From: Spirulina sp.
Lineage (GTDB): Bacteria; Cyanobacteriota; Cyanobacteriia; Phormidesmidales; Phormidesmidaceae
Direction of reading: 5' to 3'
Assembly (NCBI GenBank): GCA_044070495.1
Contig: JBIPSI010000028.1
Span: forward strand, 9,802 to 73,801
Length of the DNA: 64,000 nucleotides
This document shows, piece after piece, positions 30,156-41,647 of this stretch (positions within the stretch are counted from its first letter, which is position 1; every line of letters begins with the position of its first letter). The notes below the pieces were generated by a model. That model searched no databases, was not told the origin of the DNA, and was given only the letters and a program-made list of their open reading frames with translations. Position numbers and translations under genes: made by a program.

Positions 30156-30629
30156 CTATCTATATTTTTGAAGTAACTTTTCTAGCAGTGTTGAGGAGGT
30201 CCGAAAATTAGTTTGCCGCAGTTGGTCGATGGCCTTGTGGATATCGATCCAGCCTTGCGCTGCCGCTCGATCTAAGACTCCTAAAACCCCCGTTAAAGCT
30301 AGCCCACGACTAGCCGCAACTCTGCGAGCGGCTAAGTCATCCAGCAGAATGAGGTCGGCGTTGATCGCTTCAGCCAAAGCAATGGCTGCCCGTTCTCCAG
30401 CGTCGAGTTTATGTAGCTCTGGTGCCAAGGTAGTCGGTGCCGACTGTAGGACGAGCCAAGCTGGGGGTGCGTTAATCCACCGCTGGACAACCAAGGGCGC
30501 ATTGGGGGAAGTTAGCTCATTTTGGACAGCCTCAGGGATAGTAATGGTACCAAAGAGGCGCGGTAACAGGTCGATGTATCCGATGGTGGTTAGGTAAGCG
30601 ATTGGCGAAGTGTTAGAAACAGCGCGCAT
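30156..30629 (-). CDS. DUF3368 PIN-domain protein (putative toxin)
   Basis: VSNTSPI, IPEAVQNEL, LDAGERAAIALA, LLDDLAAR, GVLGVL. Confidence 0.88.
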   Translation of the reverse strand: MRAVSNTSPIAYLTTIGYIDLLPRLFGTITIPEAVQNELTSPNAPLVVQRWINAPPAWLVLQSAPTTLAPELHKLDAGERAAIALAEAINADLILLDDLAARRVAASRGLALTGVLGVLDRAAAQGWIDIHKAIDQLRQTNFRTSSTLLEKLLQKYR

Positions 30630-30630
30630 A

Positions 30631-30894
30631 TTAGGCCAAGAGTGTATCTAGCGTGGCTTGATCCTGTTCTAGATCGGCCTCTCCGTAGGGCGGTTCAGCC
30701 TGTTCTTTCGCCAGAAAATTGTAGGTTTCCCAGCGAGAGGTAAAGCCTAGTAATTGCCCCACCTCTCCAGCCCCAATACGGCCTTTACAGTAGGCTTCGA
30801 TAGCTAGTAGCTCTAAGAAATGACGAGTGAGCGCTTCGCAACTGTCCGCAATTTGGATTGCGATGTTGTCAGGGATATCAAGGGTAATTTTCAT
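30631..30894 (-). CDS. UPF0175 family protein (putative antitoxin)
   Basis: MKITLDIPD..., LELLAIEAY..GRIG.GEV..LLG..SRWE, DLEQD. Confidence 0.85.
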   Translation of the reverse strand: MKITLDIPDNIAIQIADSCEALTRHFLELLAIEAYCKGRIGAGEVGQLLGFTSRWETYNFLAKEQAEPPYGEADLEQDQATLDTLLA

Positions 30895-31010
30895 GGGCTC
30901 AACCGGGGGATAAATCACCTCAACCTTGCTCCTATGGTAGGCCATGACTACAAGATGAGTCCCACCAGGGGCAGTCACTTGTGGCCATGCTGACCCTGGT
31001 CGGAAGTGAG

Positions 31011-32570
31011 CTAGCGTCCGGTTTTGAGGCTGTCGATCTTGCGGGTAAACAGGTCGGCGAAGATCATAATCACCCGCTGGGGCCGGGTTTTGATGTTGGC
31101 ATTGAGGGACATCCCCGACTGCAACTGGATGGGCTGGCCATTGATGGGAATGAACTGTTGATCGAGGGTGATATCTGCCGGAAAGCGGTATTGGGGGTTG
31201 ATTTGGTCGGGGGGTAGGGCATCGGAACCGATGTGGGTGAGGGTGCCCTTCACGTCGCCAAATTCGCTGTAGGGGAAGGAGTCAATCCGCACATCCACCC
31301 GCATTCCTTCCTCCACAAAGCCGATATCCCGGTTGGTGATGAACACTCGCGCCACCAGGGCATCGTTGGGCACAATTTCCATGATGGGCTCCGTGGAGTT
31401 GGTGACAAAGCCCGGTTGGTTGGCCTTGAGGTTAAACACGGTGCCGTTGATGGGAGCACGTAGTTCTTGGTAGACCAGGGTTTGTTGCAGTTCGGTGATT
31501 TGGCTGCCCACCTCTTGCAGACGCTTCTCGTTTTCTAGGATGGTTTTGGTGATCTGGCTGTCGATGGTGGCGATTTGGTTGTCGTTGGCGGCAATCCGCT
31601 GCTGAAGCTCGTCCTGGGAGGTGGTTTGGGTATTGCGGAATTGCTCCTCGGCCTGGGCAATGGCGATGACTAACCGCTGCTCCTCTTCCACTAGGCGGTT
31701 GACCTCGGTTTGCTTATTTTTGACCTCTTGGCCCTGCTGTAAGAGGGGGATTTCGCCAATGCCGCCCTGGGATTGAAGGGTTTGTACCCGCACTAAGATG
31801 TCCTGATTGAGGGCCAGATCCTGGCGGGCGTTGGCGAGTTGGGCTTGGGTTTGGGTAAGCTGGCGGCTGAGTTGCTCCACCTCTAGGCGGGCAATGCCCA
31901 ACCGAGAAGCCAGATCGGCGTTGGCCGCTTGTAGTCGTTCTCGCTGGGCGGGGGTGAGGCTGTCTCCGGTGGTGTCCCCGACTAGCAGGGCACGGTAGAG
32001 AGCGTTTTCAGCAACCAGGGCCGATCGATTACTGGTGAGTTGCAGCAAACCGGGGGAAATTTCTGCCGGAGCCGCCACCCCCGACCGATCCGCCAGTTGC
32101 GACCGATAGAAGGCATTTTCCTCCAGCAACTTAGACTGAATGGCTTGCAGAGAAGCCAACTGGGCCTGACTGGTTTTTGGATCGAGGCTAACCAGCAAAT
32201 CGCCCTGCTGCACCGCCTGCCCTTCCTCCACATGTACCTGCTGCACCACCCCGCCGACGGGAGCTTGGACGGGCTGCACCGTGGCCTGGGGTTCTAGCTT
32301 GCCCTGGGCAGGAACGGCTTGCTCAAATTTAGCGAGGGATGCCCAGACAATGCTGGCCGTAGTCACGCCAATGATGCTCCACACCACCGCCCGCGACCAC
32401 CGGGGCGACTGACGCAAAATCACAGGCTTATCAAAGGTCTCTAGCTGCCGCGAGGGCGTGGTGGAGAGAACCGCATCCCCCGGCTGGCTGTGGCCGTTAC
32501 CATTGTGTCCGTTGGGGCTGCTGCCGTTGGGGGGCTGTTGTCCGGGGGGGAAGGGTTGGATGCGTACCAT
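31011..32570 (-). CDS. hlyD: HlyD family type I secretion membrane fusion protein
   Basis: AQGKLEP, VQAPVGGVV, long coiled coil, ELRAPINGTV, VRIDSFPYSEFG, LQSGM. Confidence 0.92.
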   Translation of the reverse strand: MVRIQPFPPGQQPPNGSSPNGHNGNGHSQPGDAVLSTTPSRQLETFDKPVILRQSPRWSRAVVWSIIGVTTASIVWASLAKFEQAVPAQGKLEPQATVQPVQAPVGGVVQQVHVEEGQAVQQGDLLVSLDPKTSQAQLASLQAIQSKLLEENAFYRSQLADRSGVAAPAEISPGLLQLTSNRSALVAENALYRALLVGDTTGDSLTPAQRERLQAANADLASRLGIARLEVEQLSRQLTQTQAQLANARQDLALNQDILVRVQTLQSQGGIGEIPLLQQGQEVKNKQTEVNRLVEEEQRLVIAIAQAEEQFRNTQTTSQDELQQRIAANDNQIATIDSQITKTILENEKRLQEVGSQITELQQTLVYQELRAPINGTVFNLKANQPGFVTNSTEPIMEIVPNDALVARVFITNRDIGFVEEGMRVDVRIDSFPYSEFGDVKGTLTHIGSDALPPDQINPQYRFPADITLDQQFIPINGQPIQLQSGMSLNANIKTRPQRVIMIFADLFTRKIDSLKTGR

Positions 32571-32572
32571 AG

Positions 32573-32604
32573 TTGGTTATTGGTTATTGGTTATTGGTTA
32601 TTGG
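32573..32604. repeat. Heptamer tandem repeat TTGGTTA x4-5
   Basis: Directly upstream of the hlyD start. Confidence 0.8.
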
Positions 32605-32616
32605 CGGCTGGTTGGG

Positions 32617-32646
32617 CGTAGGGTGCATTCGTGAAGCAATGCACCA
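32617..32646. repeat. GTAG-led REP-like palindrome, GGTGCATT family
   Basis: 29/30 identical to reverse complement of 56852-56881. Confidence 0.8.
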
Positions 32647-32764
32647 TCTTCGGGATTCGGGATTCGTTGGGGTTGTTGGAATGTCGTGATTGATCGGTAC
32701 TGAAGATTGAGCCTTGAACGTTCGGCCCCCCTCTCCCACTGGGAGAGGGGCTGGGGGTGAGGGC

Positions 32765-35758
32765 TTACATCATGCTGGACTGCTGTTGGTAGAGGGTGTA
32801 GTAGCGGCCCTGAAGTTCCATGAGTTCTTCGTGGGTGCCCTGTTCCACGGCGGAGCCTTGATCCATCACCAGAATTTGGTCGGCCTGTTTGATGGTGTTC
32901 AAGCGGTGGGTGATAAAGAATACGGTGCGGCCCTGAGCCCAGGCGTGCAGGTTGATAGACACCTGGTGTTCGGTGTCGTAGTCGAGGGCGCTGGTGGCCT
33001 CGTCCATAATCAGCAGGCGGGGGTTTTGCAGGATGGTGCGGGCGATGGCGATGCGCTGGCGTTGGCCCCCGGAGAGGCTGGCTCCCCGTTCGCCGATGCG
33101 GGTGTTGTAGCCCAGGGGCAGTTCCATGATGAAGTCGTGGCAGCAGGCAATGCGGGCCGCTTCGAGGATGGCGTTGGCGTCGGCGTTGGGGTTGGTGAGG
33201 GAGATATTTTCCTGGATGGTGCCCTCAAATAGCAGACTATCCTGGGGCACAATGCCAATCTGCCGCCGCAGGGAGTGCAGTTCCACCTTGCTGATGTCGT
33301 ACTGATCGATCAGGATGCGGCCCGATTCCACCTCATAGAGGCGGGGCAGCAGTTTCATCAGGGTGCTTTTACCGGAACCGCTTTGGCCGACAATACCGAT
33401 GAAAATCCCCGCCGAAAACTCCAGGTTGATGTTGATCAACTGCATGGGGCCAGAGGGGCCAAATCGAAAGGCCACGTTCTCGAAGGTGACTTGGCCCACC
33501 AGTTCCGGCATGGGAATTTGCTGGGCGTCGTGGGCGTCGGTTTCCTGGGGATGGTCGATGATGTCGGAGAGCCGCTCTAGGGAGAGGGCGGTTTCCTGGA
33601 AGTTTTGCCACAGCTGGGCGAGGCGCAAAATCGGCGCGGTCACGTAGCCGGAAATAATCCGAAAGGCGATCAGCTGACCGAGGGTGAGTTCGCCCTTTAG
33701 CACCAGGTAGGCCCCTACCCACAGCACCAGCAGTCCTGAGAGTTTGTTCAAAAAGTTGCTGGCACTGTTGGCGGTGGTGGAGGTCAGCACGGTTTTGAAC
33801 CCAGCACTGACGTATTCGGCGTAGCGCTCCTGCCATTTCCAGCGGGTGCGTAGCTCAATATTTTGGGCCTTCACCGTTTGAATACCGGAGAGGGATTCCA
33901 CCAGCAGCGACTGGGTGGCGGCGTTGCGCTCGGCCTTCACCCGCAGTTGCCGCCGCACAATGGGGGCCGCCAACATGGTCACCGCCACAAACAGCGGAAT
34001 CGTGGCCAGGGCTACCAGGGTCAGCAGCCAGCTATAGATGAACATCACCACGATGTAGACCACGGAAAACACCGAGTCCAGCACCACGGTGAGGGCCGTC
34101 CCAGTTAGGAAGGAACGGATATTTTCGAGTTCGTTAATTCGGCTGGAGAGTTCCCCCACGGGCCGTTTGTCGAAGTAGCGCAGGGGCAGACGAAACAGAT
34201 GATCGATAATTTCCGACCCCAGGGTCATGTCGATGCGGTTGGTGGTATCGACAAACAAATAGGTGCGTAAACTGCTGAGCAGGGCCTCGAAAACCGCCAC
34301 AATCACCAGGAAAATACCCAGCACTTGCAGGGTATCAATACTGTTTTGCACGATCACCTTATCGATGATGATCTGCACCATCAGCGGGTTGGCCAAGCCA
34401 AACAACTGCACGAAGAAGGAGGCTACAAACACCTCCACTAGCACCCATTTATATTTGACGATGGAGGGCCAGAACCATTGCAGACCAAACTTTTGCTGGG
34501 GGGTTTCGCGGGTGGGTTCTAATAGCAAGACTTCGCCACTTTGGCCCCAGGCTTCGGCAAAACTTTCCGGGGTGCGGCGGATTAACCCCACCTCAGGATC
34601 ACCCAAAATATAGGCTTTTTCCGAGGTTTCGTAGAGCACCGCAAAGCTCTCGTGCCACTGAATTAGGCAGGGCGTATTCAGCCGACTGAAGGCCGCCGCA
34701 GGCACCCGCACCAACTGGGTTTTCAGCCCCATCATTTCGCTGAGGCCACCCAAAACGGGCATGGATAACCCCACCCGCTCCTGCTGGTTCACCAAAATTT
34801 TGCGGATCACATCCTTGCGGAAGGGCATTTTGAAATGCTGGCTGAGCATATCAAAACAGGCCAAGGCCCCATCCACCTGCCCCCGCCCCCTGGCGTAGGG
34901 ATAGCCCCTAGCGCGGCCATCTCCCTTGGCGGTGGCTTCCCTGTCTTGATCGTTAGCCGTTAGTTGGGCCTCGGTGGCGTAGGGAATGCCGTTCACATCC
35001 AGCACTTCCACCGGACGATACTCGGCCTCCGGTTCCGCCTCGGCTTCCATCTGGAAGGTTTCCGCCAGCACCGTGGGCGTGAGGCCAATCAGCCGCGCCC
35101 CCTGGGGGCTGAGAACCTCCACCGTGACCTGGGGATCCACCGCCAACACCGACCCCACGGGCTGGTTCAGAATCGTGCCGCCGCTGAGAATCCAGGTAAA
35201 GTTTGGATCCAAATTCCGCAGGCTGCACACCCCGCTGGGGAAGTTGACAATGGCCGATTCGTCACACACCAGTCGCGCCTTGGCCTTGAGGTCGCCCAAA
35301 TCCAAAGCCCTTTGCTGGGCGTGCTGGCTGAGCAGGTCAAAGGCTTCGATGGGGTAAATGTGGTCGCGAAGGGCGGCCCCAAAGCTGGGATAGTCCTTCA
35401 GGCATTGCAAAAAAGTGTAGGAGGGCAGGTTGAGGGCCACCACCTCCGTCGAGGCAATCACCGTCTCGCAGGGCTGGCCCCGAATCAGGCTGATCGCCCC
35501 CACCAGTTCCCCAGGCCCCAGGCGTTGTAGGGTCACAGGCTGCTGACTGCGCGGATCGTAGCCCAGCAATCGCGCCTGCCCCTCCAGGATGACAATCACC
35601 TGTTGGCTCAGCACCTCCCGCCGCAGCAGGGGTTGTCCCACCCGATACCGCAGGGGTGTGGCCGTCTGGGTCAGCGACGTCAGCATCGCTTCCGGTAGCC
35701 CATCAAAGGGGGGGAAGGCGCGCAGGGTTTGATGGAGGGACAGGGGCGTTTGGGTCAT
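32765..35758 (-). CDS. hlyB: Type I secretion ABC transporter (cNMP + C39-like + TM + ABC)
   Basis: GQSGSGKST, LSGGQRQR, MDEATSALD; C39-like domain reads DGALAC instead of catalytic DCG. Confidence 0.92.
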   Translation of the reverse strand: MTQTPLSLHQTLRAFPPFDGLPEAMLTSLTQTATPLRYRVGQPLLRREVLSQQVIVILEGQARLLGYDPRSQQPVTLQRLGPGELVGAISLIRGQPCETVIASTEVVALNLPSYTFLQCLKDYPSFGAALRDHIYPIEAFDLLSQHAQQRALDLGDLKAKARLVCDESAIVNFPSGVCSLRNLDPNFTWILSGGTILNQPVGSVLAVDPQVTVEVLSPQGARLIGLTPTVLAETFQMEAEAEPEAEYRPVEVLDVNGIPYATEAQLTANDQDREATAKGDGRARGYPYARGRGQVDGALACFDMLSQHFKMPFRKDVIRKILVNQQERVGLSMPVLGGLSEMMGLKTQLVRVPAAAFSRLNTPCLIQWHESFAVLYETSEKAYILGDPEVGLIRRTPESFAEAWGQSGEVLLLEPTRETPQQKFGLQWFWPSIVKYKWVLVEVFVASFFVQLFGLANPLMVQIIIDKVIVQNSIDTLQVLGIFLVIVAVFEALLSSLRTYLFVDTTNRIDMTLGSEIIDHLFRLPLRYFDKRPVGELSSRINELENIRSFLTGTALTVVLDSVFSVVYIVVMFIYSWLLTLVALATIPLFVAVTMLAAPIVRRQLRVKAERNAATQSLLVESLSGIQTVKAQNIELRTRWKWQERYAEYVSAGFKTVLTSTTANSASNFLNKLSGLLVLWVGAYLVLKGELTLGQLIAFRIISGYVTAPILRLAQLWQNFQETALSLERLSDIIDHPQETDAHDAQQIPMPELVGQVTFENVAFRFGPSGPMQLININLEFSAGIFIGIVGQSGSGKSTLMKLLPRLYEVESGRILIDQYDISKVELHSLRRQIGIVPQDSLLFEGTIQENISLTNPNADANAILEAARIACCHDFIMELPLGYNTRIGERGASLSGGQRQRIAIARTILQNPRLLIMDEATSALDYDTEHQVSINLHAWAQGRTVFFITHRLNTIKQADQILVMDQGSAVEQGTHEELMELQGRYYTLYQQQSSMM

Positions 35759-36039
35759 CGTCAGAGGCAGGTTAGAAACTGCGGTGAGCGTCGTTTGAAG
35801 GGGTTGGGGTGAGGAGCCTAGTCCGTGGCAAAGACGGCATCTAGATCACACACAACCTGATTTCGCACCGAGTCCATCCACCATAGATGGCCCAGGCTCG
35901 AATTTCCTTAACTTCTCCTATTGTTTTCAGATTGGCGGGAATTTTAGTCTGGCGAAAAAGAAGTTAATACTTGGCCGCAAAGGATGTTAACACTCTGGGG
36001 GCGGCGGCATTAGGTGTTGGGGGCGACATTGACGGGAGG

Positions 36040-36155
36040 AGCCTAGGACTAAAAGTCCCAGGCTCAAAGCCAAAATCCTCTGAAGAGGATTGGGAGCCGA
36101 GTTCCCAGTCTGCTTTAGCAGACTTCTGCAATCAGCCAGGGAGTTTACTCCCTGG
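36040..36155. repeat. Four-hairpin palindromic element
   Basis: AGCCTAGGACT-AA-AGTCCCAGGCT type stem, AATCCTC-TGAA-GAGGATT, AGTCTGC-TTTA-GCAGACT, CCAGGGAG-TTTA-CTCCCTGG. Confidence 0.75.
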
Positions 36156-36289
36156 TGGTCGTGGCGAGGGGGCAAGCCCTTAGGATTGTGACAGTCGTGA
36201 AAGCCGACCGATGGTTGAGTCTTAGGCGGTAAAACGGTGTTATTGCTGGGGTATTCCTTGAGTCCCGTTTCCCTACCCACGGCCTAACC

Positions 36290-36847
36290 ATGCTCACCGT
36301 TCCCTCTGCCTGGTTTCCTCGCCTCAGTGCCTTGGCCCTTGCCCTAGGGTTGGCAACGGGGTGCGAAACCTACCCTGCCACGGGCAACACCGTTACCACG
36401 GGCACCTACGAAGCCATGGCCACCGTCACCTATACCTGGCAGGTGGAGTATGCCCGCAGCTTTGACCAGCAGCGCACCATTCGGCGGGAAACCTTTGAAT
36501 CGACCAGCCTGGTGAACCGCAACGGGGTTCAGCCCGAAGGCGCGGTGACTGGCCCCGATGATGATGGCCTGTGGTGGCCTGCCCTACCGCCCCGACCCAC
36601 CGCCGACGAGCTAGAGGATCGTAAGCAGGAATCCATCGAACAGCGCACCGATCCCCTGCTGCAAAAGGATGTAGACTACGCCATTACCTTTGACTACGAT
36701 GGCCAACGCCGCACCCTGCCCACCAGCCGCAGTGTCTACCGCGAGGCCAGTCGCGCCTTTGCCGACCAGCAGGCCCTCGAACTCACCTTTGGCCCAGCGG
36801 AACAAAGCATTGGAGCCGCCCGCCGCATCGCTAGCTTTGATCGTTGA
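36290..36847 (+). CDS. Hypothetical lipoprotein
   Basis: Lipobox LATGC; TYTWQVEY, GLWWPALPPRP. Confidence 0.75.
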   Translation: MLTVPSAWFPRLSALALALGLATGCETYPATGNTVTTGTYEAMATVTYTWQVEYARSFDQQRTIRRETFESTSLVNRNGVQPEGAVTGPDDDGLWWPALPPRPTADELEDRKQESIEQRTDPLLQKDVDYAITFDYDGQRRTLPTSRSVYREASRAFADQQALELTFGPAEQSIGAARRIASFDR

Positions 36848-36952
36848 GGGCAGGATTCAAGCCATTAGCCCCCATTAATCTCTGCTTAGACCACAGGCTA
36901 ATCCGGGTAGTCTAGATAACATAAGGAGCCTAGTGTTAGGGGTTGGGGCCGG

Positions 36953-39283
36953 ATGATTCGAGACGAGTTTGTGTGTCGATTTCGACCAGAAGGGCAGGTG
37001 GTGTATGTCAACAGCGCCTACTGCCAGTACTTTGGCTGCGACGCGGCGAATCTATCTCTTCTAACGGAGCCACCCCACCTCACCCAAAGCCTAGACGGTT
37101 GGCCCGAACTGAACGTGATGACCATCACCACCGACCATGCGCGGCTGAACCACGAAACTCGCATCCAGATCCCCAGCGGCGATGTGCTGTGGCAGCAGTG
37201 GTATAACCAGGGGCATTTTGACGACCAGGGCCAACTGATCGAAATCCAGGCTGTGGGGCGAGACATCACCCGCTATAAACGGGCGGAGGTGCGGTTGCAG
37301 CACCAGATCGAGCGGGAGAAATCCCTGGGGCGGTTGGTGGATCGGCTGCGCCAGAGCTTTGATCTGCAAGACATTTTTGCCATTGCCACCGAGGAACTGC
37401 GGCACCTGCTGGGCTGCGACCGGGCCTCGGTCTACCAGTTTGCGGAGGACTGGAGCGGCCATTTTGTGGCGGAATCGGTGACGGCGGGTTGGCTGCCGCT
37501 GGTGGGGGAGGGGCGCCGCACGGTGTGGGCCGATACCTATCTGCAAGAGCACCAGGGGGGCCGCTACCGAAACCGAGAAACCTTCGCCATTGACGACATT
37601 TACATGAGTGGCCACACCCCTTGCCACATCGACATTTTGGAGCAGTTTCAGGTGCGGGCCTATGCCATTGTGCCGATTTTTCAGCAGGAGGAACTGTGGG
37701 GATTGCTGAGCGCCTACCAAAACGCTGGCCCCCGTCGCTGGCAACCGCAGGACATCACCCTGATGACCCAGGTGTCGCACCACTTGGGCCTTGCCCTGTA
37801 CCAAATTGGGTTGCTCAACCAGGCCCAGCAGGCCAAGGAATCCGCCGAACGGGCCAACCGCGCCAAGAGCGACTTTTTGGCCCACATGAGCCACGAACTC
37901 CGCACCCCCCTGAATGCCATCCTCGGCTATTCCCAGCTTTTGCGCCGCGATATGCGCCTGCCCGCCGACACCCAGGAACACCTCGCCACCATTGCCCACA
38001 GCGGCGAATACCTGCTGAATTTGATTAACGACATCCTCAGCCTGTCTAAAATTGAGGCGGGCCAGATGACCCTAGTGCCCAGCGCCTTTAGCCTGCCGGA
38101 CTTGGTGCAGCAGTTGGTGGATATGCTGTTGCCGAGGGCCAATGCCCAGGGACTCAGCCTCACCTTTCACCTCGATCCTGCCCTGCCGCCCTACCTCCGC
38201 AGCGACCAGGGCAAACTTCAGCAAATTCTGCTAAATCTGCTGGATAACGCCCTCAAATTCACCCCCGCTGGAACCATCAGCCTCGCCGTAGATTGGGCCG
38301 ATGCGGAGGCCAGTCCTCCCCTATTGCGCTTTTGCGTGGCCGACACTGGCCCCGGCATTGCCCCCCACCAGGTGCAGGATTTATTTCAGCCCTTCTCCCA
38401 AACCGACACAGGCCGCACCCGCCAGGATGGCACCGGGCTGGGGTTGGCCCTCAGTCGGCGGTTTGCCCACCTGCTTGGCGGCGATCTCACCCTGGCGGCC
38501 TCTGGCCCCCAGGGCAGCACCTTTCACCTGCATCTGCCCGTGGTGGTGGTGAATCAGGTGGATCTCAAGCCCCGTCCAGCCACCGATCAGGTTGTGAGCT
38601 TGGCCCCCGATCAGCCCGTGCCGCGTATTTTGGTGGCCGACGACAACGAACCCAACCGACGGCTGTTGATCACCCTGCTGGGAAGCCTCGGCTTTGAGGT
38701 GAGGGGAGCCTGTGATGGCCAGGAGGCGGTGACCCTGACTCAGCAGTGGTCTCCCGATCTGGTGTTGATGGATTTGCGAATGCCAATTTTAGACGGCTAC
38801 CAAGCCACCCGACAAATTCGATCTGACCATGGAGAGAGGCCCGTGATCATCGCCCTCAGTGCCAGCGCCTTTGATGAAGACGAAACCGTGGCCCTAGCGA
38901 GCGGCTGTGATGGTTTTCTTCGCAAGCCCATCCGAGAGAACGACCTGCTGGAGGCCATCCAACAACATCTTGGGGTACGCTATCTCTATGCCGAATCTGC
39001 ACCTCAGGATGCCCCCCACGGCCCAGATTCCTACGCTCCAGACTTGCCTCTGGAGCTGGCGGGTCTCCCCGCCGAATGGGTGGATCGGTTATACCAAGGG
39101 GCCTTGGTCGCCAATAGCCAAGCCATCTATACCCTGTTGGACGAGTTGCCCCCCGACCGCCAGCCGCTAGCCCTGGCCCTGCGCCGTTGGGTACAAGATT
39201 TTCGCTGTGACAAAATTATTGAACTGGTAGAGCAAGGGCGTGACGCAACCGGAAGGGAACCCGATCATTCTGATTGTGGATGA
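36953..39283 (+). CDS. Hybrid histidine kinase PAS-GAF(cyanobacteriochrome)-HisKA-HATPase-REC
   Basis: [59 protein letters not shown]. Confidence 0.92.
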   Translation: MIRDEFVCRFRPEGQVVYVNSAYCQYFGCDAANLSLLTEPPHLTQSLDGWPELNVMTITTDHARLNHETRIQIPSGDVLWQQWYNQGHFDDQGQLIEIQAVGRDITRYKRAEVRLQHQIEREKSLGRLVDRLRQSFDLQDIFAIATEELRHLLGCDRASVYQFAEDWSGHFVAESVTAGWLPLVGEGRRTVWADTYLQEHQGGRYRNRETFAIDDIYMSGHTPCHIDILEQFQVRAYAIVPIFQQEELWGLLSAYQNAGPRRWQPQDITLMTQVSHHLGLALYQIGLLNQAQQAKESAERANRAKSDFLAHMSHELRTPLNAILGYSQLLRRDMRLPADTQEHLATIAHSGEYLLNLINDILSLSKIEAGQMTLVPSAFSLPDLVQQLVDMLLPRANAQGLSLTFHLDPALPPYLRSDQGKLQQILLNLLDNALKFTPAGTISLAVDWADAEASPPLLRFCVADTGPGIAPHQVQDLFQPFSQTDTGRTRQDGTGLGLALSRRFAHLLGGDLTLAASGPQGSTFHLHLPVVVVNQVDLKPRPATDQVVSLAPDQPVPRILVADDNEPNRRLLITLLGSLGFEVRGACDGQEAVTLTQQWSPDLVLMDLRMPILDGYQATRQIRSDHGERPVIIALSASAFDEDETVALASGCDGFLRKPIRENDLLEAIQQHLGVRYLYAESAPQDAPHGPDSYAPDLPLELAGLPAEWVDRLYQGALVANSQAIYTLLDELPPDRQPLALALRRWVQDFRCDKIIELVEQGRDATGREPDHSDCG

Positions 39284-41453
39284 CACCACCGAAAATTTGC
39301 GGGTGTTGTCGGCGGCGTTGGCCAACCACGGGTATGACGTGCGCGGGGTAATCAACGGCGAGATGGCGCTGCGGACGGCCCAGGCGGCTCCCCCGGCATT
39401 GATTTTGTTGGATATTCGGATGCCGGGGATGGATGGCTATGAGGTTTGTCGGCGGCTGAAAGCCATCCCCAAGACCCAGGATATTCCTGTAATTTTCCTC
39501 AGCGCCCTGGGGGATTCCATCGATAAGGTGCAAGCCTTTGGCGTAGGCGGGGTAGACTACATCACCAAGCCCTTTCAGCTCGATGAGGTGCTAGTGCGGA
39601 TTAAAAACCAGCTCGCCCTCCAGGCGGCCCAGCGCACCGTTCAACACATGAACCAAACCCTGGAACAGCAGGTGCAAGATCGCACCGCCGAACTGGCCCA
39701 GGCCAACCACATTCTCAGCCAAGAAATTGAAGAACGAAAGCGCATCGAAAAAGACCTGCGCGATTCGGAGCTACGCTATCGCCTGGTGGCCGACAACATT
39801 AGCGACCTGGTGGGGCTGCACGACCTAAAGGGGAATTTTATCTACGTCAGCCCCTCCTGCCTGGGGCTGCTGGGCCACACCGCAGACAACCTGCTGGGCC
39901 AAAATTTCTATGACTTCATCCACCCCGACGACCGCGAACGGGTGCGGCTGCAAATCCAAGCCCTGCGTCCGCCCCAAACCCTGGCCCAGTTGCTCTATCG
40001 GGCGGTGCGTTCCTCCGGCGATGACCTTTGGCTAGAAACCTTAGCGAAGCCCATTCTGAATGAACGGGGCCGGGTGGTGCAGGTACAAACGGTGTCGCGG
40101 GACGTGACCGAACGGGTGCAGGTGGAGGCCCAACTGCGTCACCAAGCCTTGTACGACGACCTCACCCAACTGCCCAACCGCACCCTGTTTATGGAGCGGG
40201 TAGACTACGCTCTGCACCAGGGCCAAAGCCCCCGTTCCTTTGCGGTGCTGTTCATCGATATTGACCGCTTTAAGCTGATTAACGACAGCCTCGGCCATGG
40301 GGCGGGGGATCACCTGCTGCGGTCGGTGGTCAACACCCTCAGCCAATATCTGCGCCCCTGCGATACCCTGGCCCGCTGGGGCGGCGATGAATTTGCCCTG
40401 CTGCTGCCCGACCTGGATGACATCACCAGCGCCATTGAGGTGGCCACGGCCATGCAAACCGGACTCGCCCGCCCCATCGACCTAGGGGAACAGTCGGTGG
40501 TGATTAGCGCCAGCATTGGCATTGTGTGGTCGGCGGGCTATTACCAAAGCGGCACCGAAATTTTGCGCGATGCCGACACCGCCATGTATCGGGCCAAAAG
40601 CCGGGGCCGCGCCTGCTACGAAGTGTTTGACCCGGAAATGCACCGGGAAATGCTGCATCGCCTCACCCTAGAACACGACCTGCGGCGGGCCATCGAAACC
40701 GACCAGTTCCAGGTTTACTACCAGCCCCAGGTTGATCTCGCCACGGGGCAATGGCTGGGGGTCGAGGCGCTGGCCCGCTGGCCCCATCCCGAACGAGGCA
40801 TGATTAGCCCCCAGGTATTTATCCCCATTGCCGAGGAGACTGGACTGATTCAGGCGGTGGGAGAATGGGTGCTGTGGGCCACCTGCTACCAGTTGCAGCA
40901 GTGGCACCGCCAGTTTCCCCAGCAGCCCCTCTATGCCAGCGTGAATGTGGCCAGCCAGCAGCTTCAGCAGTCAGACTTTTTGGAAACCATCGATCAGGTT
41001 CTAGAGGGCACCGCCCTAGATCCCGCCTTTCTGCACCTGGAAATTACCGAACGGGCCTTAATTGAAGACACCCCCCACACCGCCGAAGTGCTGGCCGGAC
41101 TGCGACAGCGGGGCATTCAAGTCAACCTAGACGACTTTGGCACGGGCTATTCTTCCCTCAGCTACCTGCATCGCTTCCCGGTGGATGTGTTGAAAATTGA
41201 CCAGTCCTTTGTCGGCCAAATTCAGCCAGATAATCCCCAGCCCGAAGCCCTCGGCATCATTCGCGCCATCCTCAACCTGGCCCAGGGCATGGGAATGCAG
41301 GTGGTGGCCGAAGGGGTAGAAACCGACTACCAACGGCAACAACTGGCTCAGATGGGTTGCCCCATGGGTCAGGGCTATTATTTCGCCCGTCCCCTCCCCG
41401 CCGAAACCATCACCCAACGCCTGAGTGCCCAATCCACCGCCGAACCGTCCTAG
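39240..41453 (+). CDS. REC-PAS-GGDEF-EAL response regulator
   Basis: [43 protein letters not shown]. Confidence 0.93.
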   Translation: MTQPEGNPIILIVDDTTENLRVLSAALANHGYDVRGVINGEMALRTAQAAPPALILLDIRMPGMDGYEVCRRLKAIPKTQDIPVIFLSALGDSIDKVQAFGVGGVDYITKPFQLDEVLVRIKNQLALQAAQRTVQHMNQTLEQQVQDRTAELAQANHILSQEIEERKRIEKDLRDSELRYRLVADNISDLVGLHDLKGNFIYVSPSCLGLLGHTADNLLGQNFYDFIHPDDRERVRLQIQALRPPQTLAQLLYRAVRSSGDDLWLETLAKPILNERGRVVQVQTVSRDVTERVQVEAQLRHQALYDDLTQLPNRTLFMERVDYALHQGQSPRSFAVLFIDIDRFKLINDSLGHGAGDHLLRSVVNTLSQYLRPCDTLARWGGDEFALLLPDLDDITSAIEVATAMQTGLARPIDLGEQSVVISASIGIVWSAGYYQSGTEILRDADTAMYRAKSRGRACYEVFDPEMHREMLHRLTLEHDLRRAIETDQFQVYYQPQVDLATGQWLGVEALARWPHPERGMISPQVFIPIAEETGLIQAVGEWVLWATCYQLQQWHRQFPQQPLYASVNVASQQLQQSDFLETIDQVLEGTALDPAFLHLEITERALIEDTPHTAEVLAGLRQRGIQVNLDDFGTGYSSLSYLHRFPVDVLKIDQSFVGQIQPDNPQPEALGIIRAILNLAQGMGMQVVAEGVETDYQRQQLAQMGCPMGQGYYFARPLPAETITQRLSAQSTAEPS

Positions 41454-41647
41454 AGATCAACACTAAAGAAAACCGTAGGGATTTCGCTAAACCGCCACCG
41501 CTCCCTTTAACCTCGTAGATATCACGTCCTCCCCCGTCAAAACGTGGCCGGTCGTTGCTGCTCCTAGGCACTGTATTGGTTGCCATGACTCTTTCCTACG
41601 GCCCAGATCAACGTCTCTCCCGTGTCTCAACAGCGGGTCATTTTGCC

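Noticed and set aside
32765..35758. Bacteriocin/RiPP-processing peptidase exporter
   Set aside because: The C39-like domain lacks the catalytic DCG motif and no precursor peptide is adjacent; it fits the common cyanobacterial HlyB.
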